From: Promethearchaeota archaeon
GTDB lineage: Archaea; Asgardarchaeota; Lokiarchaeia; Sigyniarchaeales; SOKP01
Direction of reading: 5' to 3'
Assembly (NCBI GenBank): GCA_048939015.1
Contig: JBHLPW010000007.1
Span: 31,389 to 95,388, forward strand
DNA: 64,000 nt
Part shown: in pieces, positions 19,516 through 27,907 of the stretch
Numbering within the stretch: position 1 is the first letter of the stretch
Layout: every line of letters begins with the position of its first letter
Made by a program: the position numbers and the translations under genes
Notes under the pieces: generated by a model
The model's database searches: none
What the model was told of the DNA's origin: nothing
Seen by the model: the letters and a program-made list of their open reading frames with translations, nothing else

Positions 19516-20514
19516 TTATTCACCTCCTTCCTCCTCAGGTACCGCACAAGATGCAGGTCCTTGTTTTAATTGTTTACTTATAGCTTCAACAGGACAAATA
19601 TTTAAACAATTTAGACATGATTTACAATGAAAATTGTCTATTCCCTCCATATGCCATAATCCGTCCTCACCTTTCGCTCGAATTATTGCAAAATCTGGAC
19701 AAATATACCAGCATTGAGCGCAATCGGTACATTTTTCTCTATCCCATATAACTTCCCATTCGCCCCATGTTCCCGTTTGAACCTGAGAACTGCCATAAGG
19801 AATAACATCCTCGTCGCAATACCATACTCCTGCTTTGTCCATTTCTTTAAAGCCGGGCAGTCCAGGTTTAACTTGTTGCCAAGGCACTTTTGTATCTATT
19901 GAAAAATCAATATCAATTCCAAGATCATATACACATGTTTCTTCTATGGCTTGTTTTATAGCCTCAATGTTTTTTCCTGCAATTGCTCCTTTAAATCTCC
20001 TCATAATAGCATCAGATAACTCATCCAATGTAAAGATATGTGAAACTCTAATTAATGCACCCAATATTATTGTATTTGTTATATTCCTCCCCAATACTTC
20101 CATAGCTATTCGTGTCGCATCAATTGTAGCTACATTTATGTCCTTTCTTCCTACAATTTCTTGTAAAGATACTTGATCCATAACTGTATTCACAATCAGC
20201 CATCCTCCTTTAGGCATACCAGCGGTAACATTAATTTCTCCTAAAAGAGACGGATCTAATACAGAAACAAAGTGAGGTCCATAAACTTGTTCATTATTTC
20301 GTACTAAATCTTCATTTGATGAAAGTCTGACATAACTTTCAGTTGGAGAACCCATTCTTTCAGCACCAAAGAGAGGTTGACAAACACCATAACCATAAAA
20401 AGCTTCTACACATAAATTCGAAGCGGTAACTCCACCTTGTCCCCCTCTTGCATGAAATCGAAGGTTAACTACATCATTTTTTAATACTTCTTTAATTTGT
20501 TCTGGAGTTAACAT
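19516..20514 (-). CDS. 2-oxoacid:ferredoxin oxidoreductase gamma-delta fusion
   Basis: The N-terminal gamma block is RFHARGGQGGVTASNL. The C-terminal 2x[4Fe-4S] ferredoxin domain has CTDCAQCWYICP and CKSCLNCLNICP. Confidence 0.85.
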   Translation of the reverse strand: MLTPEQIKEVLKNDVVNLRFHARGGQGGVTASNLCVEAFYGYGVCQPLFGAERMGSPTESYVRLSSNEDLVRNNEQVYGPHFVSVLDPSLLGEINVTAGMPKGGWLIVNTVMDQVSLQEIVGRKDINVATIDATRIAMEVLGRNITNTIILGALIRVSHIFTLDELSDAIMRRFKGAIAGKNIEAIKQAIEETCVYDLGIDIDFSIDTKVPWQQVKPGLPGFKEMDKAGVWYCDEDVIPYGSSQVQTGTWGEWEVIWDREKCTDCAQCWYICPDFAIIRAKGEDGLWHMEGIDNFHCKSCLNCLNICPVEAISKQLKQGPASCAVPEEEGGE

Positions 20515-20656
20515 TTTAAGTAATTTTTTCCTTTTTTCTAAATAATTAAATTCGATAAAATAAATCTTAGGACAAAATTTAAGTTATGTATAATCTTTCT
20601 TAAAACTTTCCTAGAATTGCTTTATAAAAAATAGCTGTAAAGAGAAAAAACTGGTT

Positions 20657-21904
20657 TTACTCATATTCCTTATCAAGCTTTTTTACGACATCAATACATA
20701 ACAGGAGAATATTCTTTAATCCTTCTTTTGAAACTAAATCCATTGTATCATTCTTAGTATGTACAAATTTTAAACCTGGCTGAGAACCAAGCCAACAAGC
20801 TTCAAAACCTTCATTAACAATAGGCATATAATCAGACCAAGCGCCTGTGGGAGCATAGACATCTTTTAATTTTATTCTTAATTGTTCACTACTATCTACA
20901 AATAAGTTATTTAACTTCTTGGAAGAAACTTTTCGTGGAATTCCATATGAGGTTATTAATCTAATGAGTTCATTCCCTCCGATTAAATCGAGGTTAATAA
21001 AATAAGTTGAATTTTTATCAAATTCCTTTTCAAATTTTTTTATAAAATGAATGGCTCCTCCTAAGTTTAATTCTTCAGAACTAGTAGATAAAAATAGTAA
21101 ATCAATATTGTCGATTTGATTCAATTTATAATATCTTGCAAGTTCTACCAATACACCTACCGCAGCAGCATTATCATATGCTCCAGGAGAATTATTCCCA
21201 GTTTTGTTAAAATAATTAACTGCTCCAATTATCGCAATAGTTATACTCGCATCCAATAAGATATTGTTTAAGATGGGAATGTAAATGTTAAAAATCAGCA
21301 TTAGGAGACTAAAAATTAAATAGGTTATCATTAATATTAGAGAACCAAAAACAGAGATAAGAAAAATGATTATTCGGGTTAAGGATGAAAATGATTGAGA
21401 TTTAGAATCCCAGTGTCCCATAAATACAACTGTAGCACATGAATTAGAACTTTTTAAGCGTGTAAAAATGTTTTCTGTCTCATAGTTGTTTGCTTCATTT
21501 TTAAATAATTTAATTTTGGATGAGACAGATATACCGAGTGCTTTATATGATATATAAATTGCTAAAATGGATAAAACAAGAGTTAAATAAAGATTAATAT
21601 ATGTTGACAAAGCCAACAAAACCAAAACTGAACCCGTAAATACAAAAATAAGTCTTACTATAATCCATTTATAAAAGGAAGTCTTAAATTTATCTCGAGA
21701 GATAGCATTATACCCTGCTTTCTTAAATTCATCAACTACAATCTCGCTAGCTTTTCTTTCTCCCTCTGTTCCTATTAATCTAGGGAAAGCAAGTCTTTCT
21801 GTGATACGATATGCATTTTCGATATTAGGGTTCTCATCAGAAATGATATTATCTAATTTTTTTGATCCTAATTCTTTTGCGTTCATTTTTGACTCAATAA
21901 CCAT
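20657..21904 (-). CDS. Membrane-embedded M28-family metallo-aminopeptidase
   Basis: The M28 metal-site blocks appear in order: FMGHWDS, GAYDNAAAVG, SSEELNLGGA, NLDLIGG, FVHTKNDT. Two hydrophobic hairpin insertions (res ~79-122 and ~175-232) interrupt the domain. Confidence 0.75.
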   Translation of the reverse strand: MVIESKMNAKELGSKKLDNIISDENPNIENAYRITERLAFPRLIGTEGERKASEIVVDEFKKAGYNAISRDKFKTSFYKWIIVRLIFVFTGSVLVLLALSTYINLYLTLVLSILAIYISYKALGISVSSKIKLFKNEANNYETENIFTRLKSSNSCATVVFMGHWDSKSQSFSSLTRIIIFLISVFGSLILMITYLIFSLLMLIFNIYIPILNNILLDASITIAIIGAVNYFNKTGNNSPGAYDNAAAVGVLVELARYYKLNQIDNIDLLFLSTSSEELNLGGAIHFIKKFEKEFDKNSTYFINLDLIGGNELIRLITSYGIPRKVSSKKLNNLFVDSSEQLRIKLKDVYAPTGAWSDYMPIVNEGFEACWLGSQPGLKFVHTKNDTMDLVSKEGLKNILLLCIDVVKKLDKEYE

Positions 21905-21906
21905 AT

Positions 21907-22836
21907 CTATTTGTTTACGATAAAATATTTAAACCACTCGATTGGAAGGGTGCCTTTCACTTGTTTTAAAAAATCTCTGCTACTTAGCACACCTAAATCT
22001 GATATAAAACCAGAAATATATTCTGCAGGGGTGATATCAAAGTAGTAATTATGAACCTCTAAAAATCTATTTGTTAACTCCTTATTATACACTTCTTTTA
22101 TCGGTTTTTCTGTGATTAAAATACTCTGGCCAAAATGGCTCTTAAGATTATACTTATATGAATTACACACCACATATACATCTACTTTTTTACTTTTAGC
22201 TAATACTGCTAAAGGAAATGTACCGATTTTGTTGACGATGGAACCATCTACTAAAATACTGTCAACGCCTACTAAAACCAAGTCAATTTCATCTATAAAT
22301 GTGCCAATGGCAGCATCAATGATTAAATGAGTTTTAAAATATGGAGATAAAATTTCTGCGACTTTCTGTCCTTCAAGAAGTGGTCTAGATTCTAACACAT
22401 AAATTTCAAAATTGAAATCTGTGTTTTCCAATAAGAGATTGATAATTGTTGAGCTATAGGATATCAACATGATTTTCAGTGGAACTTTTTTATTTATTTC
22501 CAAAAAATTATGAAAAATCGACTTTAATGACTTTCTTCTTTTCTCTCTATCAATATCAAACTGATTCAATCTTTCTTCAATTCTATTTTTATTAAAAATC
22601 TCTAAGTCGTGTATCAGATATCCTATTGTATTAATTAAAGGAGCCATACTTGGACGAGCATTAAATATTTGTTTCGATAAAATCATTATTTCTTCTTTAA
22701 CATCTTTATATGGATCTTTTATTAAACTAAGTTGAAATGTAATTATTTTAAGAGCATTATCAATAAATTCATTAGCTCCAGAGGTATTGTCCTCTCTTAA
22801 TTCCCCAAGCAAATTTTGAAAATTTTGGATATTCAA
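21907..22836 (-). CDS. eIF-2B alpha/beta/delta-family protein (sugar-phosphate isomerase-like)
   Basis: 309 aa. It has YVLESRPLLEG and LVGVDSILVDGSIVNKIGT blocks of the IF-2B family. I do not see the catalytic Cys context of MtnA/R15P isomerases. TTG start; the stop is 2 nt before the M28 peptidase gene. Confidence 0.65.
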   Translation of the reverse strand: MNIQNFQNLLGELREDNTSGANEFIDNALKIITFQLSLIKDPYKDVKEEIMILSKQIFNARPSMAPLINTIGYLIHDLEIFNKNRIEERLNQFDIDREKRRKSLKSIFHNFLEINKKVPLKIMLISYSSTIINLLLENTDFNFEIYVLESRPLLEGQKVAEILSPYFKTHLIIDAAIGTFIDEIDLVLVGVDSILVDGSIVNKIGTFPLAVLAKSKKVDVYVVCNSYKYNLKSHFGQSILITEKPIKEVYNKELTNRFLEVHNYYFDITPAEYISGFISDLGVLSSRDFLKQVKGTLPIEWFKYFIVNK

Positions 22837-23038
22837 TCTGATTTAATTAAATTATTTTTTGAATTATTGCCTATTTATATGGGATTAATCAACCATTATT
22901 TAAAAATTGTATCTTTATAATCATAAAATATCAATTTCCTTAACGATCGAGAATAAAACAAGAATTTGAATCAGTTATAATTTACCCACATAAAATTTCT
23001 GAAGGAAGATTAATACATGAACAATTTTAGAAAAATTT

Positions 23039-23049
23039 AAAAAAAAAAA
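23039..23049 (-). terminator. Oligo-T tract downstream of the metalloprotease gene
   Basis: T11 on the minus strand about 40 nt after the stop at 23088. Confidence 0.4.
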
Positions 23050-23087
23050 TTAAATTTTGTTTAAATATCTATTTTTCCTATTTACTT

Positions 23088-25334
23088 CTAGTGGTGATGC
23101 CAAAAATGATGCCAATTTCTAGGATGTGCATTGAAATAATACCAAGCTCCAAATGCATGTTCATATCCCGGTTGGTTAGCAGCCACCATTACAATTGTAG
23201 TTTCCCATCGTTTACCCTTTAAAGTCATAAAGTAATTAGTACCTTCTTGAGTTTCATCACTGAGCCACATAGGAGTTATATAATCCCATGTCCAAAATGG
23301 AGTGCCATCCTTCTTATAATAGGTTGTAGAAGTAATGAATGATACCTTGAAATCATTCCATATGAATCCATCACTCACTTCCCAACCAGCATTTACAACC
23401 CAACCATCTGAACCGCTCTCAACATCATCAAAGAAACCAATTTCAGTGATTTCAATATCATCAATGTACCAACCTATTTCATTATAGGCTCCATCAGTCC
23501 AATATGTAAAGTACAACTCGATAGTACGTCCTTCGAATGCTGTTAAATCCATTATCTCTTGATACCAGCCAGGACTAAAACCTGTAAAAGCGTTCCAATT
23601 ATTTGAAGCATTGTAGGCATATGGTTCTACATCATCAGGACAATTGATATTATCTTGATCATATAGAAGTATGTCTGTTGTTAATAATCCTGGAAGTGTA
23701 TACCATGTATCAGATAAAACATCGTGAATCTCTACATAACCATAGTCCCAATCGGTTTCAATTTCGTAGTAAGTCTGGAACGTTAAAGTAGCTCCCCCTT
23801 CAGGAATGGTAAATGTCTGACCAAACCTAAACCATGACCATGTTGATCCATCAGAATACCACTCATATGTTCCACTATATGGATATACAGCACCAGCAAA
23901 ATCATCGCCATCAAAGCCTATATCAAAGAAGCGTGGTGTATTTGTAAATTCTACATAACTTGCAGTGTAAGGTAATCCACGACCGACTAATATATATTCA
24001 CCTTCATATGGATATTTATCTACAAACCATTCAAAATAACCGGTATCTGGATACCAACTATCCCACAGTTCCATTACATAAGGTATACTTAACCCTTCTG
24101 AGTTTTCGGAAGGAATATCTAATTCAAAATAACCATATCTTCCACAATCTAGTGATGGATCATCAAGATAGTTAGCAATACACCAGTCTTGAAAGATTTG
24201 GTCAAATGATCTTTTGATACCCATGGCATTAAGTGCATTTACCCAACCTTCAATTCCATTCGCCTGATCTTCAACTAGATAAGTTAATAATTCTGCTCCA
24301 CCATAATGTTCATACATATAGAATGTCCATAGGAATGATGCTCCATAATCAGCTAAATAGCCTTCCCAGAGAGTTAATGGAGTATCCCAGAACCATAGTA
24401 AATACTCAGAGATATGTCCTGGTGAGAATCCATATCCACAAAGCCATTCAGCTAAAGTTGCGCAACCTTCATCAACCCAAGAAAGTTCATCAAAATCTCT
24501 GTCATAATGAATAAGGTGTTGAAATTCATGGGCAAAAGTTCCTTCATATTCCCAAGCTTTTATACTGAGATAATTGTAATCAAAACCATTATAAGGATCC
24601 ACCATTGGAGGAGTTTCACCTTGTCTTCTCCACCACTGGTAAGTATCCATGTGGAAGGCATTCACACCTGCATCAGCAATTCGAGACCAGAAATATCCTT
24701 CAATAAATCCGGTAGGACTGTCACCAAAGTAAAAAAATTCATCTTTAACGTTGAATACCATTATCTGAACTGTACCATCGCCATATGGACCTGGTCGTTC
24801 CGCAGGATCATTATTATACATACCAAAGTATTCCACATCAGTATCATGAATGTTAGAGTCGAACTCATTTAGGACTTCTAATAGATCCGCTCCAGTAATG
24901 TAATCTACATAACCTTCTGGTAAATAATAACCACCTGGATAACCTTCATCTGGTAAACCAGTATCAGTCCATGGATAACTAAAAAACCATACATCATCAG
25001 GACTATAACCAGGATCTCCATTATCAACATACCAATCATATAATGGATCTAATGCGACCCATATATTCCCATTGGTACCATTAAAGATATTTTCAAAATA
25101 GAGCCATTCTAAACCTCCAGTATAATCGTTAATGGTAGGATAATGCCATGGACTATTTGGAGGTTCAATTTCATCTTCTAGTGTTAGAATATTAGTATAT
25201 TTGCTATCATAGATAGGTTCTATATCAAAAGGAGTTGTAGGTTCAACACTTCCAGTCGCAAAATTTATAACTGAAAAAGTGGTAATACTTAAAAAGGCGA
25301 AGACTACTAGTATGGTGATAAGTTTTTTTCTCAT
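23088..25334 (-). CDS. Secreted zinc metalloprotease (HExxH gluzincin, M6/M30-like) with beta-rich C-terminal domains and a Trp/His tail
   Basis: 748 aa. The N-terminal signal peptide is MRKKLITILVVFAFLSITTFSVINFA. The active-site block is FAHEFQHLIHYDRDFDELSWVDEGCA. The composition is acidic and Trp/Tyr-rich, as in extracellular domains. The protein ends in HPRNWHHFWHHH. Confidence 0.7.
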   Translation of the reverse strand: MRKKLITILVVFAFLSITTFSVINFATGSVEPTTPFDIEPIYDSKYTNILTLEDEIEPPNSPWHYPTINDYTGGLEWLYFENIFNGTNGNIWVALDPLYDWYVDNGDPGYSPDDVWFFSYPWTDTGLPDEGYPGGYYLPEGYVDYITGADLLEVLNEFDSNIHDTDVEYFGMYNNDPAERPGPYGDGTVQIMVFNVKDEFFYFGDSPTGFIEGYFWSRIADAGVNAFHMDTYQWWRRQGETPPMVDPYNGFDYNYLSIKAWEYEGTFAHEFQHLIHYDRDFDELSWVDEGCATLAEWLCGYGFSPGHISEYLLWFWDTPLTLWEGYLADYGASFLWTFYMYEHYGGAELLTYLVEDQANGIEGWVNALNAMGIKRSFDQIFQDWCIANYLDDPSLDCGRYGYFELDIPSENSEGLSIPYVMELWDSWYPDTGYFEWFVDKYPYEGEYILVGRGLPYTASYVEFTNTPRFFDIGFDGDDFAGAVYPYSGTYEWYSDGSTWSWFRFGQTFTIPEGGATLTFQTYYEIETDWDYGYVEIHDVLSDTWYTLPGLLTTDILLYDQDNINCPDDVEPYAYNASNNWNAFTGFSPGWYQEIMDLTAFEGRTIELYFTYWTDGAYNEIGWYIDDIEITEIGFFDDVESGSDGWVVNAGWEVSDGFIWNDFKVSFITSTTYYKKDGTPFWTWDYITPMWLSDETQEGTNYFMTLKGKRWETTIVMVAANQPGYEHAFGAWYYFNAHPRNWHHFWHHH

Positions 25335-25379
25335 TAATTTATCATCTCATTTTTTTTTTTTATTAAATTTTCAAATCTT

Positions 25380-25565
25380 TTCTTTTCCAATTTTGCTGTT
25401 CAAATATCTAAAATCTTATAGTTTTGAAGATATTACGAACATCGCCAAAAAGTCATAAAATTTCTGTATATGGTTTACACCCTACAAAATTCTAGACATT
25501 TTCAGTGAGATTTATTATATCGTGTTCTATATAAAGTTTTTTTTTTCATTTTACAAAATTGAAAA
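25380..25565 (-). promoter_or_regulatory. Conserved promoter plus 5' leader, copy A (upstream of the metalloprotease)
   Basis: About 185 bp aligns by eye with 27585-27772. The alignment includes a perfect 22-nt block (gccaaaaagtcataaaatttct) and a TTTATATA box (25528-25535, minus strand) about 200 nt upstream of the ATG. Confidence 0.6.
25433..25456 (-). other. Conserved 7-codon upstream ORF, MTFWRCS-stop
   Basis: ATG ACT TTT TGG CGA TGT TCG TAA on the minus strand, about 98 nt upstream of the protease ATG. A counterpart sits at the same relative position in copy B. Confidence 0.3.
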
Positions 25566-26021
25566 GTAGATTCGAGATTTTCTATACTACTTTTTTTACA
25601 TAAATGTAAAGTTTCAAAAGATAAAATAGACAAACTTGTCACTTATATTAGACAAGTTGACATTTATGTATTGAAAATTCTTAAATTAGTTTTTGACAAA
25701 AATGAAAAATGCGAATGGGAGCGTATACCCATTTCTTTGAACATATTACTAAATAATTGGTTTCAAAATGATGCAAAAAATTAATGACAAATATGTTCCT
25801 ATAGATTAAATTCATTTGATCTTTCTCTCTATTGCCCTTTTTTACTCCTTAAAAATGAGTCCAATTATAAGGGTTATATATGTCTTTTTCAAACACAATA
25901 CAATAAATCAAGATCAAAACTCTTTGTTTTAGTAATTAATAATGTCAAAAATTTAGGACTCTTATCATTATAGAGTAAATAATTTTAAAATACTAACAGT
26001 AGTCCTATCTTTATTCAAAAT

Positions 26022-26033
26022 AAAAAAAAAAAA
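26022..26033 (-). terminator. Oligo-T tract downstream of the S8 protease gene
   Basis: T12 on the minus strand about 24 nt after the stop at 26057. Confidence 0.5.
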
Positions 26034-26056
26034 GATTAATTAAATTTATACATATT

Positions 26057-27547
26057 TTAACATCTGCAGTGTGGTCCATGGTGATGGTGATGCCAATGCC
26101 AATAATGCCAATAAAGGTAGGCAAACATCATGGCTCTGTCTGCTCGTAGGAAACCCGCTCCAAAATCATCGTCCTCCCATACAAATTCCCATGGATAATA
26201 TGAAAATCCCCAATAATAACTTGATAAATAGTCATAAATTGGATCATAAACATACGCGAGATTGTAATCTTCTTCACCAGGATAGCTGTCGAAATCCATG
26301 GGAAGGGTTGAAGCAGCAGCTTTCAAGATTGTTTCCATTTGCCATTGATTTAAATATGGAAATCTTTGTAATATTAAGGCAGCTATACCAGATACATGAG
26401 GACATGCTTGACTTGTACCCCATACATAGTAATATCCAAAATAATCCTCAAAATCGGCAAATTCTGGTTTGTAAGGTCCCACAATACACGCTCCAGGGGT
26501 ACAGACATCAAGTTCTTGTTCACCCAATGGATGATCAAAAATTGGTCGGGAACTAAAATCCTCAAGATAAACTTGCCACTCATTACCCCAAACATCAGTA
26601 TTATGTAAATTTTCAGGAACATCATTTAACCAAAATTCTCTATTAGACCAACCGATAGCTTCTCCTGTACTACTTGAATAATCGTGATCTACAACAGGAA
26701 CCCATTGTTCTGTCCAACCAGCAGCACCTACGGATATTACTTCAGGATATGCTCCTGGCCAACCCATCCCATCTTCACCTGAATTACCTGCTGATGCTAT
26801 AACAATTACTCCTTCGCTTATAGCATAATCTATTGCATCTTTTATTATTGGTGCTGGTTCCGGCCCTCCTAAACTCATACTTATAATAACAGGACCATGT
26901 AAGTAATGTGCTATATCCGCAATATAATTAATACCCGCAGCAACCATTGGATCAGTACCACCTGAAAGAAATTGATAATCTTCAGGAGCATCTGGCACAT
27001 ACCAATTATCAAGTACCAATACAGGAATTATTTTAACGTTTGGCGCTACTCCTCTAACCCAGAATTTCCCTGCTGAACCATCATAAAGATATCCAGTAAT
27101 AGTACTTGTTACATGAGTTCCATGACCATCTCCTTTCCAATCATCAACTTCAAAACCTCTTTCTATAAGAGGTCCAAAAGTGTAATCTTCTGCTATTGGA
27201 TCCCATCCAACTTCATGTGTAAAACCTTTTCCAAGTTTCCATTTAATATTTCCCTGAGGTAAAATATCTCGCCAATTACTCAATAACCCTGTATCTAATA
27301 CAGCAATATAAACACCAGTTCCTTTTGACCATACTTTATCAGCATCTACCATGTCAACTGAAAAAGGAACCTTCCCTCTACCGCTACCAAAATTTGTTCC
27401 AACTCCACAATAAGGAGATTGCATTTCTGCTTTTAAAAAACCAGTATTATTTCCTATTGATGTCTTTGATGCAAATACAACAGGAATGAAAGCAGGTATC
27501 ATTGAAAATAGGAGTATTCCAATGAGGATATAAGTTCTTTTTTTCAC
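26057..27547 (-). CDS. Secreted subtilisin-like serine protease (S8) with a Trp/His-rich C-terminal tail
   Basis: 496 aa. It has a signal peptide (MKKRTYILIGILLFSMIPAFIPVVFA) and the catalytic triad blocks IAVLDTGL, GDGHGTHVTSTI and WGTSQACPHVSG. GTG start. The protein ends in YLYWHYWHWHHHHHGPHCRC. Confidence 0.9.
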   Translation of the reverse strand: MKKRTYILIGILLFSMIPAFIPVVFASKTSIGNNTGFLKAEMQSPYCGVGTNFGSGRGKVPFSVDMVDADKVWSKGTGVYIAVLDTGLLSNWRDILPQGNIKWKLGKGFTHEVGWDPIAEDYTFGPLIERGFEVDDWKGDGHGTHVTSTITGYLYDGSAGKFWVRGVAPNVKIIPVLVLDNWYVPDAPEDYQFLSGGTDPMVAAGINYIADIAHYLHGPVIISMSLGGPEPAPIIKDAIDYAISEGVIVIASAGNSGEDGMGWPGAYPEVISVGAAGWTEQWVPVVDHDYSSSTGEAIGWSNREFWLNDVPENLHNTDVWGNEWQVYLEDFSSRPIFDHPLGEQELDVCTPGACIVGPYKPEFADFEDYFGYYYVWGTSQACPHVSGIAALILQRFPYLNQWQMETILKAAASTLPMDFDSYPGEEDYNLAYVYDPIYDYLSSYYWGFSYYPWEFVWEDDDFGAGFLRADRAMMFAYLYWHYWHWHHHHHGPHCRC

Positions 27548-27584
27548 TTTTTATCAACTCTCTTTTTTGTAAATTTTTTACATT

Positions 27585-27772
27585 TTCTTTCCAATAATAG
27601 CAGTTCTTTCTAATCCCAAAAATCTAATATTTTTTGAAGATTTTAAGAACATGGCCAAAAAGTCATAAAATTTCTTCAAGTGATTTACACACTATGAAAT
27701 TATTGACATTTCTGTGAGTACATATTATACCCTTTTGTATATAAATCTTTTTTTCATTTTTACAAAATTGGT
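27585..27772 (-). promoter_or_regulatory. Conserved promoter plus 5' leader, copy B (upstream of the S8 protease)
   Basis: Aligns with 25380-25565. A TTTATATA box (27738-27745, minus strand) lies about 198 nt upstream of the GTG start. An SD-like GAGTTGATAAA precedes the start, compared with GAGATGATAAA in copy A. Confidence 0.6.
27643..27666 (-). other. Conserved 7-codon upstream ORF, MTFWPCS-stop
   Basis: ATG ACT TTT TGG CCA TGT TCT TAA on the minus strand, about 95 nt upstream of the S8 start. It differs from copy A by one missense change (CGA/CCA) and one synonymous change (TCG/TCT). Confidence 0.3.
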
Positions 27773-27907
27773 GAGAAGCTATAAGATCTAATCAACACTC
27801 TTTCCATTATACTAATGAAAAACGGAGTTTTAGGTAAATCACAATTTACTTTCAAGTAAAAATGATTAATCTCAAAAATTTTATTAATAGCAATATTTTA
27901 ATTATCA

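Noticed and set aside
25380-27772. The duplicated ~185-bp element read as a MITE, IS remnant or CRISPR-like repeat.
   Set aside because: There are only two copies in the window. Both have the same orientation and spacing relative to a downstream start codon, and I saw no terminal inverted repeats or target-site duplications. A shared promoter/leader explains the element better.
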